Shown one piece after another: positions 38,042 to 48,657 of a stretch of 64,000 bases of DNA (position 1 is the stretch's first letter; the number at the start of each line of letters is the position of its first letter). Position numbers and translations under genes: made by a program. This DNA is from an uncultured virus (IMG/VR IMGVR_UViG_3300017747_002313). Its lineage: Duplodnaviria; Heunggongvirae; Uroviricota; Caudoviricetes; Crassvirales. The notes beneath the pieces are model-generated. The model saw only the letters and a program-made list of their open reading frames with translations, searched no databases and was not told the origin of the DNA. Where the stretch lies: IMG/VR virus record IMGVR_UViG_3300017747_002313. One strand, 5' to 3'.

Positions 38042-39472
38042 TTAGTCTTCAAACAATACGAAGTTGTTTGCTCCAAGTGTACAAAGTGCACGCTCAGACA
38101 AGAAGTTAACTTGCATTGCATCCAAGTCGCTAGTAGCAGCACCACCAGCAGAACCTGTAATCCAAGTCTTCATCTTACGATTCTCAGCTTCGTTAGCACG
38201 GTAACGAACGTGTAAGAATGGACGCTTCATATTTTTACCCATTACTTGGTCATATACTGACAAAGTACCAGCAGGAATAAGAACACCATTTACAGCACCT
38301 CCAGTAATACCTCCACGAAGAGTAGCATCGTTCAAGTACTTCCAGTCAGACTTATAGAAGTCATAACCACGACGGAAAGAAGTGAACCCTAAGTTAAGAG
38401 CCATATCTTTATCGTTATCGAATAGACCGTAAGAAGTACCACCAACTCCGTAAGAGTTTTGTGCAGCTAACATATCATCGATATCGAAAGAGAACTCACG
38501 ATTAACGAACAATACGTTCTCAGCGATAGCACCTTGCTTATCAAGACGGTTAACGATATCATCGAACTCACCTAATGTAGATGGGTTACCTCCAGACCAA
38601 ACATTACCACGAGTTTTGATAGCATCAAATAAACCTTGAGTACCAGCAGCAGCTTCTGTAGAAGGTGAAGGGTAAGAAGGAGCACCTAATTCAGTAGCAA
38701 CACCTGAACCTTGATCAGCAGGTACGTGCTCGATCATCATCATTTCAAGGTAATCTTCAAAACGTAGACGAGTCTCATGCTCTGCTTTAACATACCAAAG
38801 GTATCCAGCAGCACCGTTTTCAGTAGTTACTTCAACCCATCCGATTTGAGCCATATCAGAACCAGCTACCTCAAATTTATCTTTGATGATAACAGGCTTA
38901 ACTTCGAAGAAGTCATCTTTAGGATCCAATGATCCTTCCATTCCACCTACACCTTTTTTGAACTCAGAACCGTAAACAAATACAGTAAATGTTGCAGCAA
39001 CATCACCAGCAGCAATACCAGCTGCATTGTAAAGAGCAACTCGGAAACGAGTAGCATCACCAGAAACTGGACATGCAGTAACTAAACCACGGTAAGAAGA
39101 TGAAGATGCATTATTTGAAATAAATACAGTCTGACCAACTCGGAAGTTACAAGTAGCTGTACCAATATCAAATGTTACATAATCATCACCAGAAGTAGTT
39201 CCAGCTATTGGAGTAGCAGCAGTATACTTAGTGTGTAAACGTCCTTGCTCTGCCCACTTGATTAAGTCAGATGCAGTAGGGATTTCTGCACTTACGTTAC
39301 GCAAGAAAGAAGCGATTGAACGGTTACCGTAACGCTCGAATTCTGTTTCGTAAGTATCAGGTAAGTACTGATTCAAGAAATTGAAATCAGTAATGTAGTT
39401 AGAAGCTAATGTAGCTTTAACTGAACTAGGAGTTAGACTTACTCCTGGTGTTGTCAATAATGAACCAGCCAT
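38042..39472 (-). CDS. major capsid protein
   Basis: 476 aa, follows scaffold-like gene, highly biased codons, W.EQGRLH...GLF......G...FLSER.L...GANNF. Confidence 0.8.
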   Translation of the reverse strand: MAGSLLTTPGVSLTPSSVKATLASNYITDFNFLNQYLPDTYETEFERYGNRSIASFLRNVSAEIPTASDLIKWAEQGRLHTKYTAATPIAGTTSGDDYVTFDIGTATCNFRVGQTVFISNNASSSSYRGLVTACPVSGDATRFRVALYNAAGIAAGDVAATFTVFVYGSEFKKGVGGMEGSLDPKDDFFEVKPVIIKDKFEVAGSDMAQIGWVEVTTENGAAGYLWYVKAEHETRLRFEDYLEMMMIEHVPADQGSGVATELGAPSYPSPSTEAAAGTQGLFDAIKTRGNVWSGGNPSTLGEFDDIVNRLDKQGAIAENVLFVNREFSFDIDDMLAAQNSYGVGGTSYGLFDNDKDMALNLGFTSFRRGYDFYKSDWKYLNDATLRGGITGGAVNGVLIPAGTLSVYDQVMGKNMKRPFLHVRYRANEAENRKMKTWITGSAGGAATSDLDAMQVNFLSERALCTLGANNFVLFED

Positions 39473-39484
39473 TTTGTTTTAGTT

Positions 39485-40570
39485 TTAACGTTTTTTAATC
39501 TTTAATCTACCATCGTAGCCCTCCTCAATTACTCTGATCTGTAGACCCTCCTTCGGTGTTGCAGGAGCAGACTTTCGAACCATGTTAATGTTCTTAGACT
39601 CCTTCTCAAACTCCGTTACAGCATCAGCCTTTCCTTTTTCATAGAAAAACTTAGCCGTTTTGTCAGGGTCCATAGCCATTGCAATTGCTTTATGGAATCC
39701 TTCAGCGTCTTTGATATATCCACTGTCATCTAAAAACTTACTAATGAAGTTGTTTAGATTTGACTGTCTGGACTTAATCTCCTCAGCTTCTCCTGGCTTG
39801 TAGACAACTTTTGTGTTCTCATCTAAATTAAATCCGAAACCTTCGAACTTTGAGAACAACTCCTCTGTCTTTTGCTGGAAGAATTGAGACTTCTTCTGAT
39901 TCTCCTCCATTAAAGCAGACTCGGACTGCTTATATGCTTTGTAAGACTCGTAAGCATCTTTATCCTCTTGCGGAACAAAGCTTTCTCTTGACTCAAGAGG
40001 AACCTTGTACTGTTCCTTAAGACTGTTAAAGTACTCCTTCGCCTTCTTCAGCTCTTGTTTTTTCTGTAGCTTCTTCTGTTTAATTTCTTTGTCGTCATCA
40101 AGATCCTCGTCGTACTCGTACATACTCATCTTGTACTCGATGTCTTCATCGTCATCACCGTTCTCACGGTAGAAGTCAGCTAACAGTCGGTCAGGGTTTT
40201 CGGAATCTAAGTCTCTATTGAGTTTTAGAAAGTCCTCCAGTCCTCGACCAGTTTCTTTTTTATAATTACGGAAGGCAGCAACATCATCTTCTAACTCTTC
40301 TTGAACAACTCGTTCTTGAAATAAATCATCGATAGAGTTAACTTCCTTTCCGTATTTTGTTCTGATGTGGTTTACAACCACCTCGTCGTCAATGTTATAC
40401 GCAGCTGTATTTTCTTCTTGGCTTAGATCTACTTGTGGAGTTTCCTCTACTACTGCCTCACCATTCTGTTCAGCTACCTCTTTTTCATGCTGCTCTACTA
40501 ACTGAGTCTCTAACTCTACTAGTGACTTTTCTTCAAAGTCAACAGCTCGTACTTTAAATTCCCCTTCCAT
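39485..40570 (-). CDS. capsid scaffolding protein (putative)
   Basis: Very acidic, coiled-coil, directly upstream of MCP. Confidence 0.65.
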   Translation of the reverse strand: MEGEFKVRAVDFEEKSLVELETQLVEQHEKEVAEQNGEAVVEETPQVDLSQEENTAAYNIDDEVVVNHIRTKYGKEVNSIDDLFQERVVQEELEDDVAAFRNYKKETGRGLEDFLKLNRDLDSENPDRLLADFYRENGDDDEDIEYKMSMYEYDEDLDDDKEIKQKKLQKKQELKKAKEYFNSLKEQYKVPLESRESFVPQEDKDAYESYKAYKQSESALMEENQKKSQFFQQKTEELFSKFEGFGFNLDENTKVVYKPGEAEEIKSRQSNLNNFISKFLDDSGYIKDAEGFHKAIAMAMDPDKTAKFFYEKGKADAVTEFEKESKNINMVRKSAPATPKEGLQIRVIEEGYDGRLKIKKR

Positions 40571-40609
40571 TATATTAGATTTTAATTGATTACAAAATTA
40601 GTTAATTTT

Positions 40610-40726
40610 TTAATATAGACTTTTAAGTCTTTTAATGATGCTTGGCATCTTAGGCTTTGGTGCTTTTGGAACCCTAACTTTAGGAACCTTTGGCGACTTC
40701 GGTTTTGGTACTTTTATACTTTTCAT
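40610..40726 (-). CDS. tiny Lys/Pro-rich basic protein (38 aa)
   Basis: MKSIKVPKPKSPKVPKVRVPKAPKPKMP...; start overlaps upstream stop. Confidence 0.45.
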   Translation of the reverse strand: MKSIKVPKPKSPKVPKVRVPKAPKPKMPSIIKRLKSLY

Positions 40727-41025
40727 GATCCTTTAATCCATTTCTTACTTGGTGATGCAGTCTTGCTTGGACTCCACTTTACTTTATCTGCCCAGTACGC
40801 TGCTGATAGTTTACCTTTAGCGATATTCTTAGCGTGACGACTTTTGAATGCCTCACGTTGCCCAACTGTTTGATTAGTCTTTACATTCTGCTGTCCAAAA
40901 CGTATCGTCTTTATAGTATCACCTTCCTTAGCTACAACGATATGTGACTTAGTCGGATGACTTGGGGTCTTCTTAGGTTTATTAAATCCAGTGACTCCTG
41001 CTCGTTCTAGTCTAGAATCTTTCAT
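40723..41025 (-). CDS. small basic phage protein
   Basis: G.NKPK.TP.HP.KSH.V.AK.G...K.IRFGQ...F..RH......SAAYWA.KVKW. Confidence 0.7.
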   Translation of the reverse strand: MKDSRLERAGVTGFNKPKKTPSHPTKSHIVVAKEGDTIKTIRFGQQNVKTNQTVGQREAFKSRHAKNIAKGKLSAAYWADKVKWSPSKTASPSKKWIKGS

Positions 41026-41168
41026 TTCTTCTTAGCTGTTTTCTTAGATTCTTTAAATGCCTTTGCTGTAGGTGCACCTTTAGTACCTGGCTTACGCATG
41101 GTCTCACCTGAACCCTGCTCAATACGCTTTCTCTTAGCGTGAATATTTGCGTATAGTCCTTTCTTCAT
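41022..41168 (-). CDS. tiny basic protein (48 aa, MKKGLYANIHAKRKRI...)
   Basis: Not in the track; stop overlaps the next start. Confidence 0.65.
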   Translation of the reverse strand: MKKGLYANIHAKRKRIEQGSGETMRKPGTKGAPTAKAFKESKKTAKKK

Positions 41169-41171
41169 AAC

Positions 41172-41804
41172 TTATTTATTATCGTAAAACATTAAGTAAG
41201 AGTCTTCTGTACTCCACTTTTCAAAACCTTCACAGTTAAAGTACGCATCATTCACCAAGTAGTCAGGCTTCTCAGGGAACGGCTTAGTTACAAACGATGG
41301 CTCAGACCACTTAACCCTATTATTAGGCTGTAGTGCTATCTGACCGTTGTCAAGCAGTATTATATGGTGCGACTTATGCTCTAGCGGATCTTCAGCTAAA
41401 GTAATATCTGTATTAATGTCGTTAGACCCCCAGTTAATTGTAGCGTAGTAGCTACCCTTATACCAATTTCTGTCTTTCATATACACCTCAACAGGAGTAT
41501 CGTACACATAAGAAAGCTGAGTGATTGTGAATCTATAAGAGAAACAGTTCCATATCTGTAGCACATGGAAAGGCAAATCTGGAGTTGGAAGTTCTGGTGC
41601 AGTTAATAAAGCATGGCTAGGTAACTTATCACGCATAACACCGTTATCTAAAAGTACCTGAAACAATGCCGCCTGCCCAGGCATACACCTAACAGATATT
41701 ACAACACCTTCAGTAAACTCCCCAAATCCTTTCTTAAACTGATACATGTACTCGTTCCTTACGAATACTTTTAAAGGGAAGAAGTTATGCTCTATATAAG
41801 CCAT
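41172..41804 (-). CDS. conserved hypothetical phage protein
   Basis: EHKSHH...LDNGQ.ALQPNNR..W. Confidence 0.65.
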   Translation of the reverse strand: MAYIEHNFFPLKVFVRNEYMYQFKKGFGEFTEGVVISVRCMPGQAALFQVLLDNGVMRDKLPSHALLTAPELPTPDLPFHVLQIWNCFSYRFTITQLSYVYDTPVEVYMKDRNWYKGSYYATINWGSNDINTDITLAEDPLEHKSHHIILLDNGQIALQPNNRVKWSEPSFVTKPFPEKPDYLVNDAYFNCEGFEKWSTEDSYLMFYDNK

Positions 41805-42019
41805 TACAATTTTTTACGCTTGTCCTTTACTCTTTTTGTAATAGGAATAGAAACTGATAAATTAACATCTGTCTCAGGTAAATATCCAGTCCCTGCACTC
41901 TGACTAACATCTAAAGTTACAGGACCTTTGCTTACTGATACACCATAGTTAACATCAAATCCAGACTTTCCAGCAGTACCAGATAAGTAAGGATTTATTT
42001 TTGCTTTATTCTTTCTCAT
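41804..42019 (-). CDS. hypothetical protein
   Basis: ORF track, coupled to neighbours. Confidence 0.55.
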   Translation of the reverse strand: MRKNKAKINPYLSGTAGKSGFDVNYGVSVSKGPVTLDVSQSAGTGYLPETDVNLSVSIPITKRVKDKRKKL

Positions 42020-42021
42020 AA

Positions 42022-44457
42022 TTATCTAGGTTCAAACGACTCCATATCAAAGTCGCCAAGTGAGTCTTCTGTACTCTCAAACTTAACTGGAGGAAGGTTG
42101 TTCTTACGCTGATTAATAAGTTCTGACTGACGTTCTGCCTGTAAGTCTACTCGTTTATCCTTAGCCTTCTCACGCTCTTTTTCACGCTTCATTAATCCTT
42201 CAGTCTCAATGCCTTTAAGCTGCATGTTATACTCGAACTCAAGAGCCATAAGCTCTTTCTTCTTGTCAACCTCAAACTGCATTCTTTGCATATCTAGTTG
42301 CGCTTCGTTCTGCTTAATAGCAATCTTAGATTGAGCCTCAATCTGAGCAGTCTGCTGTTTCTGAGCTGCTGCTGCTTCTTGTGACTGCATGTTGATCTGC
42401 ATCTGCATCTGCTGCTGCATATCTTCACGCTCCTGCTGTTTCTGAACCTTGCGTCTACGCTTAACCTTAAGCATCTCGTTAGCAAGCTTCAAGTTCTTAA
42501 TCATTCGGATATCTATAGCGTCCTCAAGATCAATCTGATCTCTACCTAGTGACACCTGGATATTTGCCTCAAGCTGTTGTTTTTCTTCAGCATCAGGTGC
42601 GACATCTATAAATATTCCAAAGGAGTGAAGGTATAGGTTCTTAATATCATCTAGAATAGCAAGGTTATACTTACCAATCTGCATCGCGAACTCATCCTTA
42701 AAGTCAGCGTACTGTAAAATATCTCCAATACGAAGTGACAAACACTCAGCAAGTCGCTTAGTAATCATTAACCCTCCTTGAAGGATATGACGTGTAGCTA
42801 CGTTACTGTTAAGAGCAGCTAACTTCTGAACACCTAACAATGCGTTAGGATCAGGAGAAGATCCATCACGAGCCTCATTAAGACCTGTGACATCACGTAT
42901 CATATTAAGGTTGTAATTGTAGTTATTTATAAGAGCAGCCATCTTACTCTGACCGCTGTTACTGTTAAGTTCTTGGATAGGAACTCGTGCGTTGTTAAAC
43001 TCACCGTCACCAGTGTAGCTTCTACCAATAACGGATCCTGTCTGGAAGTATAACTTAAGTGCATCCTCTGGATTGTATGCTGCGCCAGTACCAAGATCTA
43101 CCTCAGCAATACCATCTGCATCAATAAATACCCCATCAGGAACTACTCGTGCCATTACCTGCTGTAGCTTCAAATGTGTAAGCTGAATCTGATCAGCAAA
43201 AGGAATCATTCGCTTAACTAACGACTGAATCTGTCCCTTGTACATACTCGGTGCAAACATTACATAGTTAGGCAACGCCTTCTCTGTAGCTGCATCAGGA
43301 CGAACCATGTTCTCAAGCATGTTCCACTTGATGACAGTGTTAGTACCTAACACAAGTACACCCTCGTACCATACCTCCTTAGTAACGTCAAGGCGTTCAA
43401 ACATCTCGCTCTCTGACTCTGGGTTAAACGTCTCATCTCTACGGATTACTCGTTCACCACCATTTTCAAGGTACTTCTTCTTATATACGAATCGTTTCTC
43501 TGTCTTGTAGTTAAAGTACAACAACGTAACTACTTCATCGTCAAATACATCGTCTTGGAAAGTTCTAATGATTGGGTAGTAGTTATACCACGCAGATCCA
43601 GAACTCTTAATATCCTTAAGTTCTTCATCTGTAATCGATGGGTTAATCTTACGAAGCTCAGTGTAGTGAACTTGCTTAACCTCACCAACATAATATATAT
43701 CTGAGAAGTCAGGCTTCTCTGTGTAACTGTAAATAAGTGAAGCAGGATCAACATACTCAACTGCAACTCCAGATCCAACATTAAACGAGTGCTTAACAGA
43801 TCCTATCCCTATCTCAGTAAGATCTCTGTCTACTTGTGGCTTAACTACGTCACCGTAGTCATTCATCTCTAACAAAGTATTGATCGCAACTTCTTCAGCT
43901 ATCTCAATAGCTGGCTTATACTTAAGCTGCATGTACAAAGAAAGCTCCTCGTCATTTTCAGGAAGTTCGTCCTCTGGGACGTTAAACGCATCAATACCGA
44001 ACTGTTCTTTAGTTTGTTTTAAGAAGTCTTTGGCCAACATATCAGCCTCAACCATCTCTTGGAATAAGTTCTTCTTTTCTGCTGACGAAATATCTTGTGA
44101 CTCTACCTTCAAGGCATACTCACGGTCAGCCATACCATTTACAACAATGTCAACAAACTTAGGTATAATTGGAACTGGCTTCCAGTCTAAGTTCATATAA
44201 GAAAGGTCACCATCAACAGCAAGCAAGTCCTTGTACATCTGTGTTGGCTGCATACCACGAGAGTATAGTCTCAGTTTATGAAACTCTAAGTACTGATCGT
44301 AGTATCTACAGCTACCTGCGTTAACTCGCTTAAACCACTCACCCTCAATTGCCTTACCAACTCTAAGACCGTAGTCTTTAGTTTTTTTCTCTGCATCAGT
44401 TGCGTACTGGTTTGGGAATGGAGAGTTACTTATAATTACCGATGGTTTGCTATCCAT
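42022..44457 (-). CDS. portal protein
   Basis: 811 aa directly after terminase; P.IPKFVDIVVNG; IRDVTGLNEARDG; Gln-rich coiled-coil C-terminus. Confidence 0.8.
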   Translation of the reverse strand: MDSKPSVIISNSPFPNQYATDAEKKTKDYGLRVGKAIEGEWFKRVNAGSCRYYDQYLEFHKLRLYSRGMQPTQMYKDLLAVDGDLSYMNLDWKPVPIIPKFVDIVVNGMADREYALKVESQDISSAEKKNLFQEMVEADMLAKDFLKQTKEQFGIDAFNVPEDELPENDEELSLYMQLKYKPAIEIAEEVAINTLLEMNDYGDVVKPQVDRDLTEIGIGSVKHSFNVGSGVAVEYVDPASLIYSYTEKPDFSDIYYVGEVKQVHYTELRKINPSITDEELKDIKSSGSAWYNYYPIIRTFQDDVFDDEVVTLLYFNYKTEKRFVYKKKYLENGGERVIRRDETFNPESESEMFERLDVTKEVWYEGVLVLGTNTVIKWNMLENMVRPDAATEKALPNYVMFAPSMYKGQIQSLVKRMIPFADQIQLTHLKLQQVMARVVPDGVFIDADGIAEVDLGTGAAYNPEDALKLYFQTGSVIGRSYTGDGEFNNARVPIQELNSNSGQSKMAALINNYNYNLNMIRDVTGLNEARDGSSPDPNALLGVQKLAALNSNVATRHILQGGLMITKRLAECLSLRIGDILQYADFKDEFAMQIGKYNLAILDDIKNLYLHSFGIFIDVAPDAEEKQQLEANIQVSLGRDQIDLEDAIDIRMIKNLKLANEMLKVKRRRKVQKQQEREDMQQQMQMQINMQSQEAAAAQKQQTAQIEAQSKIAIKQNEAQLDMQRMQFEVDKKKELMALEFEYNMQLKGIETEGLMKREKEREKAKDKRVDLQAERQSELINQRKNNLPPVKFESTEDSLGDFDMESFEPR

Positions 44458-46694
44458 TATTTTCTTAATTGACTAATGTTGCCACTGTTGTTGTATCTGA
44501 CAAAATTAATATTTATTTTTGACTTTTCCTCTTTGACTTGAAACATGTTCTTTCTAGTAGCCATAATAGCAAGTCCTGAACTAATCGAGGCATCGTGTTT
44601 GGTTCGATTATTTATGTCAAACCTTGCCCAATCCTCTAAAGTCTTGGTAAAGTACATGTTACCCATCTCGTCTGGTTCACGGTAAGTTCCCTCCTGATCA
44701 AAGCCTACGTATTGTTCAATGTACGTGCCTATAGATGATGCGTGAGCTTGTTTAACATCCTCAGATGAGTTAGGTATACCACCAAGCTCTAACTCTGTCT
44801 TAGAGAGCTTGGAAATATGTTTGTCTGGTCTATTGAGTGAGTAACCCCTATACCCTCTGTCCTTGATATGGTACAGTAGTCTAGTCTTATTGTTCTCAAT
44901 AAGTATTGGCATACCGTAGAATATAATGGCCATAAGTACGTCTTCAAAGAATATCTCCGCTGTCTGTGTACGTGTAACGTACTCTAATACAAACTGATTC
45001 GTTGGAGCATTAGGCTCCATATGAAATCCAGTAAGTCCGTGAAGAGCACCGTTTGATCCACCACCACCTACAGTTCCTGATATATCGTAAGGGTCACATC
45101 CAAATGCACCTAAGTGCTCGTTTGCAGGACGCTTCTTCCCATGCCTATCTGTTATTACTTTGTTTCTTAACTCAGGTGGTGGTAACCACGATACTGTAAA
45201 CTTACCTCCTGGATCTGGAGTCCATATAACCTCAGAGTCTAGAACTCCATCCTTCCAATGGAAGTTGCCCTTAGTTAGTACACGCTCCTTAATAAGTGAG
45301 TCGTTGTAGTCTATCTGTTGGTATATCTTAGATAAGTTGTACAGTGATTGCTTAGACTCATCCCTAAACGCATGCGACTCAGTACGTGGGTACTGTCTAT
45401 AGTATTCATTAAGTGCGTCAGAGTCGTTCTTTAATGCTGCAACCTCATTGTTCCAGTAAGTGATAACACCATTGTCTATCATCTCACCATCTATACCTAC
45501 AACTGGAGTCTTTGGATCTTCGAACACTGGAAATCCATACTGATCGATATACCCCTCAAAGTTCCACTCCATAGGTATAAACAAGCTATATAACCCTGAT
45601 TTAGTCTGACCGTTCGCTGATCTAATTTTAGGATTAGAGTCCATGTATAACTTCTTAAAGTTGTTACCACCCTTCTCTAGTGCGTTTGATGTAGAACCCA
45701 TCATACACTTACCAATTACCTTAGATCCTAGTCGAAGACATGTCTTTGTTACACGCCAGTTGTTCAATATGTTATCAGGCTTGAGCCATTTTCCAGATTC
45801 ATCATGCACCAATAGTAAAAGCTTTTCACCATCGTATGAGTTGTCAGCTGTATTCTTCCAGTCAATAGTTGTGTCAAGACCTTCAATATCGTCAGTCTTT
45901 TCCTCGTTCATACTCTTCTTAGTAATCTTTGAAGCTGGAACCCTGAACGAAAGCTCTGTCTTTGGATTATCCATACCATCCTGAACAGGCTTAAAGAAGA
46001 ATGGGTAGTTCCTAACTATTGGAACAACCTTATCTGTAAACATCTTCTTGGCATCAGGACCAGTCTTAGAAAGTATACCAAGCCTAGAGTCCTTAGATAT
46101 TGTACCTAAGTTAGACACCTCACCAGAACTCATGAACGAGAATCCACTACGACGGTTCTTAAGGTAACACATACCAAAAGAACGTTCGTCAGCCTTGCAT
46201 GCCTCCCAATAGATGTAGAATATTCTGTTGGATTCACGGAAGTCAGGAAGACCGATATCTATCTTAGACCACTGAAGATACATGTAGTGAGTACCTGTCA
46301 TGTAAGTGGGCTCACCATCATTCATAAACCAGTACCCAAACTCACGTCTGTCAAACTCATTCTCGATGTAGTCAACCCACTGTGATTTAAATACATTATC
46401 ACGTCTTGACCACTCGAACGAAGACTTTATTTTCTGAAGTTCTTTCGGGTACTCATGTGGCATCCATCTGTTTTCTCCAACCTCCAAATCTTTCGGCGTC
46501 CTAGGAAGTGCGATATTAAGACCATTAATGTAATATATGTCGCCAATAGTACCATCTTTCGAAATAATAATTAAGTCATAGTCACGATCATATCCATACT
46601 GCCAAGACTTAGCAGCGTTCTTTGTCGAACGAGCAGTCTTGTTTACGTGATCGTTGTTTATTTTATATAGATCATATTTACTATTTCTTCGCAT
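44457..46694 (-). CDS. terL: terminase large subunit
   Basis: KNRRSGFS (Walker A), LLVHDESGK (Walker B), GSTSN, GCDPYD and HDASISSG nuclease motifs. Confidence 0.9.
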   Translation of the reverse strand: MRRNSKYDLYKINNDHVNKTARSTKNAAKSWQYGYDRDYDLIIISKDGTIGDIYYINGLNIALPRTPKDLEVGENRWMPHEYPKELQKIKSSFEWSRRDNVFKSQWVDYIENEFDRREFGYWFMNDGEPTYMTGTHYMYLQWSKIDIGLPDFRESNRIFYIYWEACKADERSFGMCYLKNRRSGFSFMSSGEVSNLGTISKDSRLGILSKTGPDAKKMFTDKVVPIVRNYPFFFKPVQDGMDNPKTELSFRVPASKITKKSMNEEKTDDIEGLDTTIDWKNTADNSYDGEKLLLLVHDESGKWLKPDNILNNWRVTKTCLRLGSKVIGKCMMGSTSNALEKGGNNFKKLYMDSNPKIRSANGQTKSGLYSLFIPMEWNFEGYIDQYGFPVFEDPKTPVVGIDGEMIDNGVITYWNNEVAALKNDSDALNEYYRQYPRTESHAFRDESKQSLYNLSKIYQQIDYNDSLIKERVLTKGNFHWKDGVLDSEVIWTPDPGGKFTVSWLPPPELRNKVITDRHGKKRPANEHLGAFGCDPYDISGTVGGGGSNGALHGLTGFHMEPNAPTNQFVLEYVTRTQTAEIFFEDVLMAIIFYGMPILIENNKTRLLYHIKDRGYRGYSLNRPDKHISKLSKTELELGGIPNSSEDVKQAHASSIGTYIEQYVGFDQEGTYREPDEMGNMYFTKTLEDWARFDINNRTKHDASISSGLAIMATRKNMFQVKEEKSKININFVRYNNSGNISQLRK

Positions 46695-46980
46695 TGCTTC
46701 TTGCCCTTCCCTCTGCAAATCCTCCGCTACCAGATAACACAACTGGCATAGAACCAATAGTCTCTTTCGCACGCTCTGCATCTATACGCTCAAGTATAGA
46801 TAGCGCATCCTCAAATGCAAGCCTCTTAGCAGCAGCGGCATTCTTCATCTTATCCACTGACAAGTCGTCGTCAATAGAGTAGTTTACAATTTGCTGTTCG
46901 AGTACCTTAATAAGCTCGTCAACAGACTTCTCTGCTGCACGTAGTACTCTGTCCTTCTTATCTCTTAGATTTTCAAGCAT
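46681..46980 (-). CDS. putative terminase small subunit
   Basis: Small helical protein immediately upstream of terL. Confidence 0.45.
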   Translation of the reverse strand: MLENLRDKKDRVLRAAEKSVDELIKVLEQQIVNYSIDDDLSVDKMKNAAAAKRLAFEDALSILERIDAERAKETIGSMPVVLSGSGGFAEGRARSNAKK

Positions 46981-47531
46981 AGACTACTTAATTTCATTCG
47001 GTATAACTTAGTATCATCGATGTTGAACTCGTACTCAGATTCAGGCTTGAATGAGACAACGTCTCCAACCTTAACATCCTCTCCTTCTGGTATATACTCA
47101 ACAACACCCTTAAGCTCTGACTCTACGTTTATAGTAGATATAGTTCCATCCTCATTCTCATGAAGCATTGGACGTACAAAGCAATAAGGACGTGGAGCAC
47201 TCCATTCTACAGAGAATTCTTTCTTGTACAAGTACAACTGATCTGGCTCTATCATGAAGATATCATCTCTAAAGTAGTTCCAACTTGAACGCTCGTTACC
47301 CTTCATATCGTAATACAACCTAAATACATTGTGGTGAACTACAACAAGATCTCCATTAGATATTTCTCCTTTATAACCGATAGGGGTAGCAACAACTACC
47401 CCTATTCGATTTGTGTATCTGTGGTCCTCTTGAGATGAGGACATAATGAAATCCTTTCCATTCAAGTTCTTGGATGCATTATATCGTACACCTTGATGAG
47501 GACGCACAATAAAGTAGTGTGGTGACTTCAT
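46965..47531 (-). CDS. GroES-like (tandem co-chaperonin fold) protein
   Basis: FIVRP...G.VVA.P......GD.V.V and second FVRP...GVV......VKVGD.V.F...Y. Confidence 0.55.
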   Translation of the reverse strand: MKSPHYFIVRPHQGVRYNASKNLNGKDFIMSSSQEDHRYTNRIGVVVATPIGYKGEISNGDLVVVHHNVFRLYYDMKGNERSSWNYFRDDIFMIEPDQLYLYKKEFSVEWSAPRPYCFVRPMLHENEDGTISTINVESELKGVVEYIPEGEDVKVGDVVSFKPESEYEFNIDDTKLYRMKLSSLCLKI

Positions 47532-47749
47532 TAGAAGTTTATATTATACTCGATAGATACTGGAACTGTTTGACCTATAGACTTCCACTTGACAGCTTCT
47601 CCATCCTTCTCAACCCATATATCGTAAATTCCTTCATCAGTTCTCATGATGTCAAAAACGGTATACTCACCACCCATAACAGGCTTTCCAACTTGGAAAT
47701 GCATGGCGTTTAAAAGATCTGTCCCTATGGAAATCTTGCGAATTATCAT
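47531..47749 (-). CDS. conserved hypothetical phage protein
   Basis: IRKISIG.D...AMH..VG...WK......SIEYN..F. Confidence 0.6.
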   Translation of the reverse strand: MIIRKISIGTDLLNAMHFQVGKPVMGGEYTVFDIMRTDEGIYDIWVEKDGEAVKWKSIGQTVPVSIEYNINF

Positions 47750-47991
47750 GATATCTCGCCAGTCTGCATATTAATGCGACCCTCACCGTACTTGTCGTGA
47801 ATCTCCTTCTGAACTACTGCTAGTTCGTTGTGAGCTACGTCAAGGTTAATAAGTGTAGTCTGCTTGTCTGTCTTAAGACGTTCCTCTGTGATCGTGATAT
47901 CAGCTAGGTGTTCTCTTAGCTGATAGTAATTTGTTCTCGCAGCAACGAACTTTTCTAGTTCTTCAGCTGTTAATACTTTTTTCTTAGCCAT
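47746..47991 (-). CDS. small coiled-coil protein
   Basis: ...KYG...IN..TGEI C-terminus; promoter box at 48013-48020. Confidence 0.6.
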   Translation of the reverse strand: MAKKKVLTAEELEKFVAARTNYYQLREHLADITITEERLKTDKQTTLINLDVAHNELAVVQKEIHDKYGEGRINMQTGEIS

Positions 47992-48039
47992 TTTATTTAA
48001 TTTAATTTGTCGCAAATATAGTCAATAATTGCGACAGAA

Positions 48040-48474
48040 TTATATATCGTAAGTAGTAATTTCTATATATAGACCTGCTAATAAACTATTAGCTAATGTT
48101 CCAGAGTTATGTGTCTTAAATAAGACAGAATTATCGTTAACTACAGAGAACTCATAAGTAACTTCCTCAGCAGTACCAACACCTACAATACATGCAGCGT
48201 TAACTGAATCAAATGATCCATTAGATGTAAACGTGTATTGTCCAACATTAGTATAAGACCAAGTACCAGCAATAGTATTTCCAGGAACAACTGTAGCCAC
48301 AGGAGCAGTAAGTCCTGTCTGCGTTAAGAACGCACGGTAAACTTTAGATGATCTACCTAAATCAGCAACTGACTGAACAGTAACGTTTTTAGTCTCACCA
48401 GTATTTGCATCTGATGTTAGCATCTTATCTCCTGGGTTAGGAGTCTCTGTCTGATAGTTATTAATTTTTCCCAT
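48040..48474 (-). CDS. putative structural/tail protein
   Basis: KVY.A.LTQTG..AP...W....G.Y...IEI..Y beta-rich pattern. Confidence 0.55.
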   Translation of the reverse strand: MGKINNYQTETPNPGDKMLTSDANTGETKNVTVQSVADLGRSSKVYRAFLTQTGLTAPVATVVPGNTIAGTWSYTNVGQYTFTSNGSFDSVNAACIVGVGTAEEVTYEFSVVNDNSVLFKTHNSGTLANSLLAGLYIEITTYDI

Positions 48475-48516
48475 AACGCAAATTATTATTTACAAAGATA
48501 GTGTTTTTTGTAAATA

Positions 48517-48657
48517 TTATCTTCCCTGACCCTTGTACGCCTTCTTGTAGTTCTTACTACTCTTAAGCTTAGATGTCTTTGTCTTAGAATGAATGCCAGG
48601 TCTTTCTACGTGTACCTTAGCAACTCTAGTTGATTCCTGAGATTTAATCTTAGCCAT
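48517..48657 (-). CDS. tiny basic protein (46 aa, ...RPGIHSK...KNYKKAYKGQGR)
   Basis: Not in the track; start overlaps the amidase stop. Confidence 0.6.
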   Translation of the reverse strand: MAKIKSQESTRVAKVHVERPGIHSKTKTSKLKSSKNYKKAYKGQGR

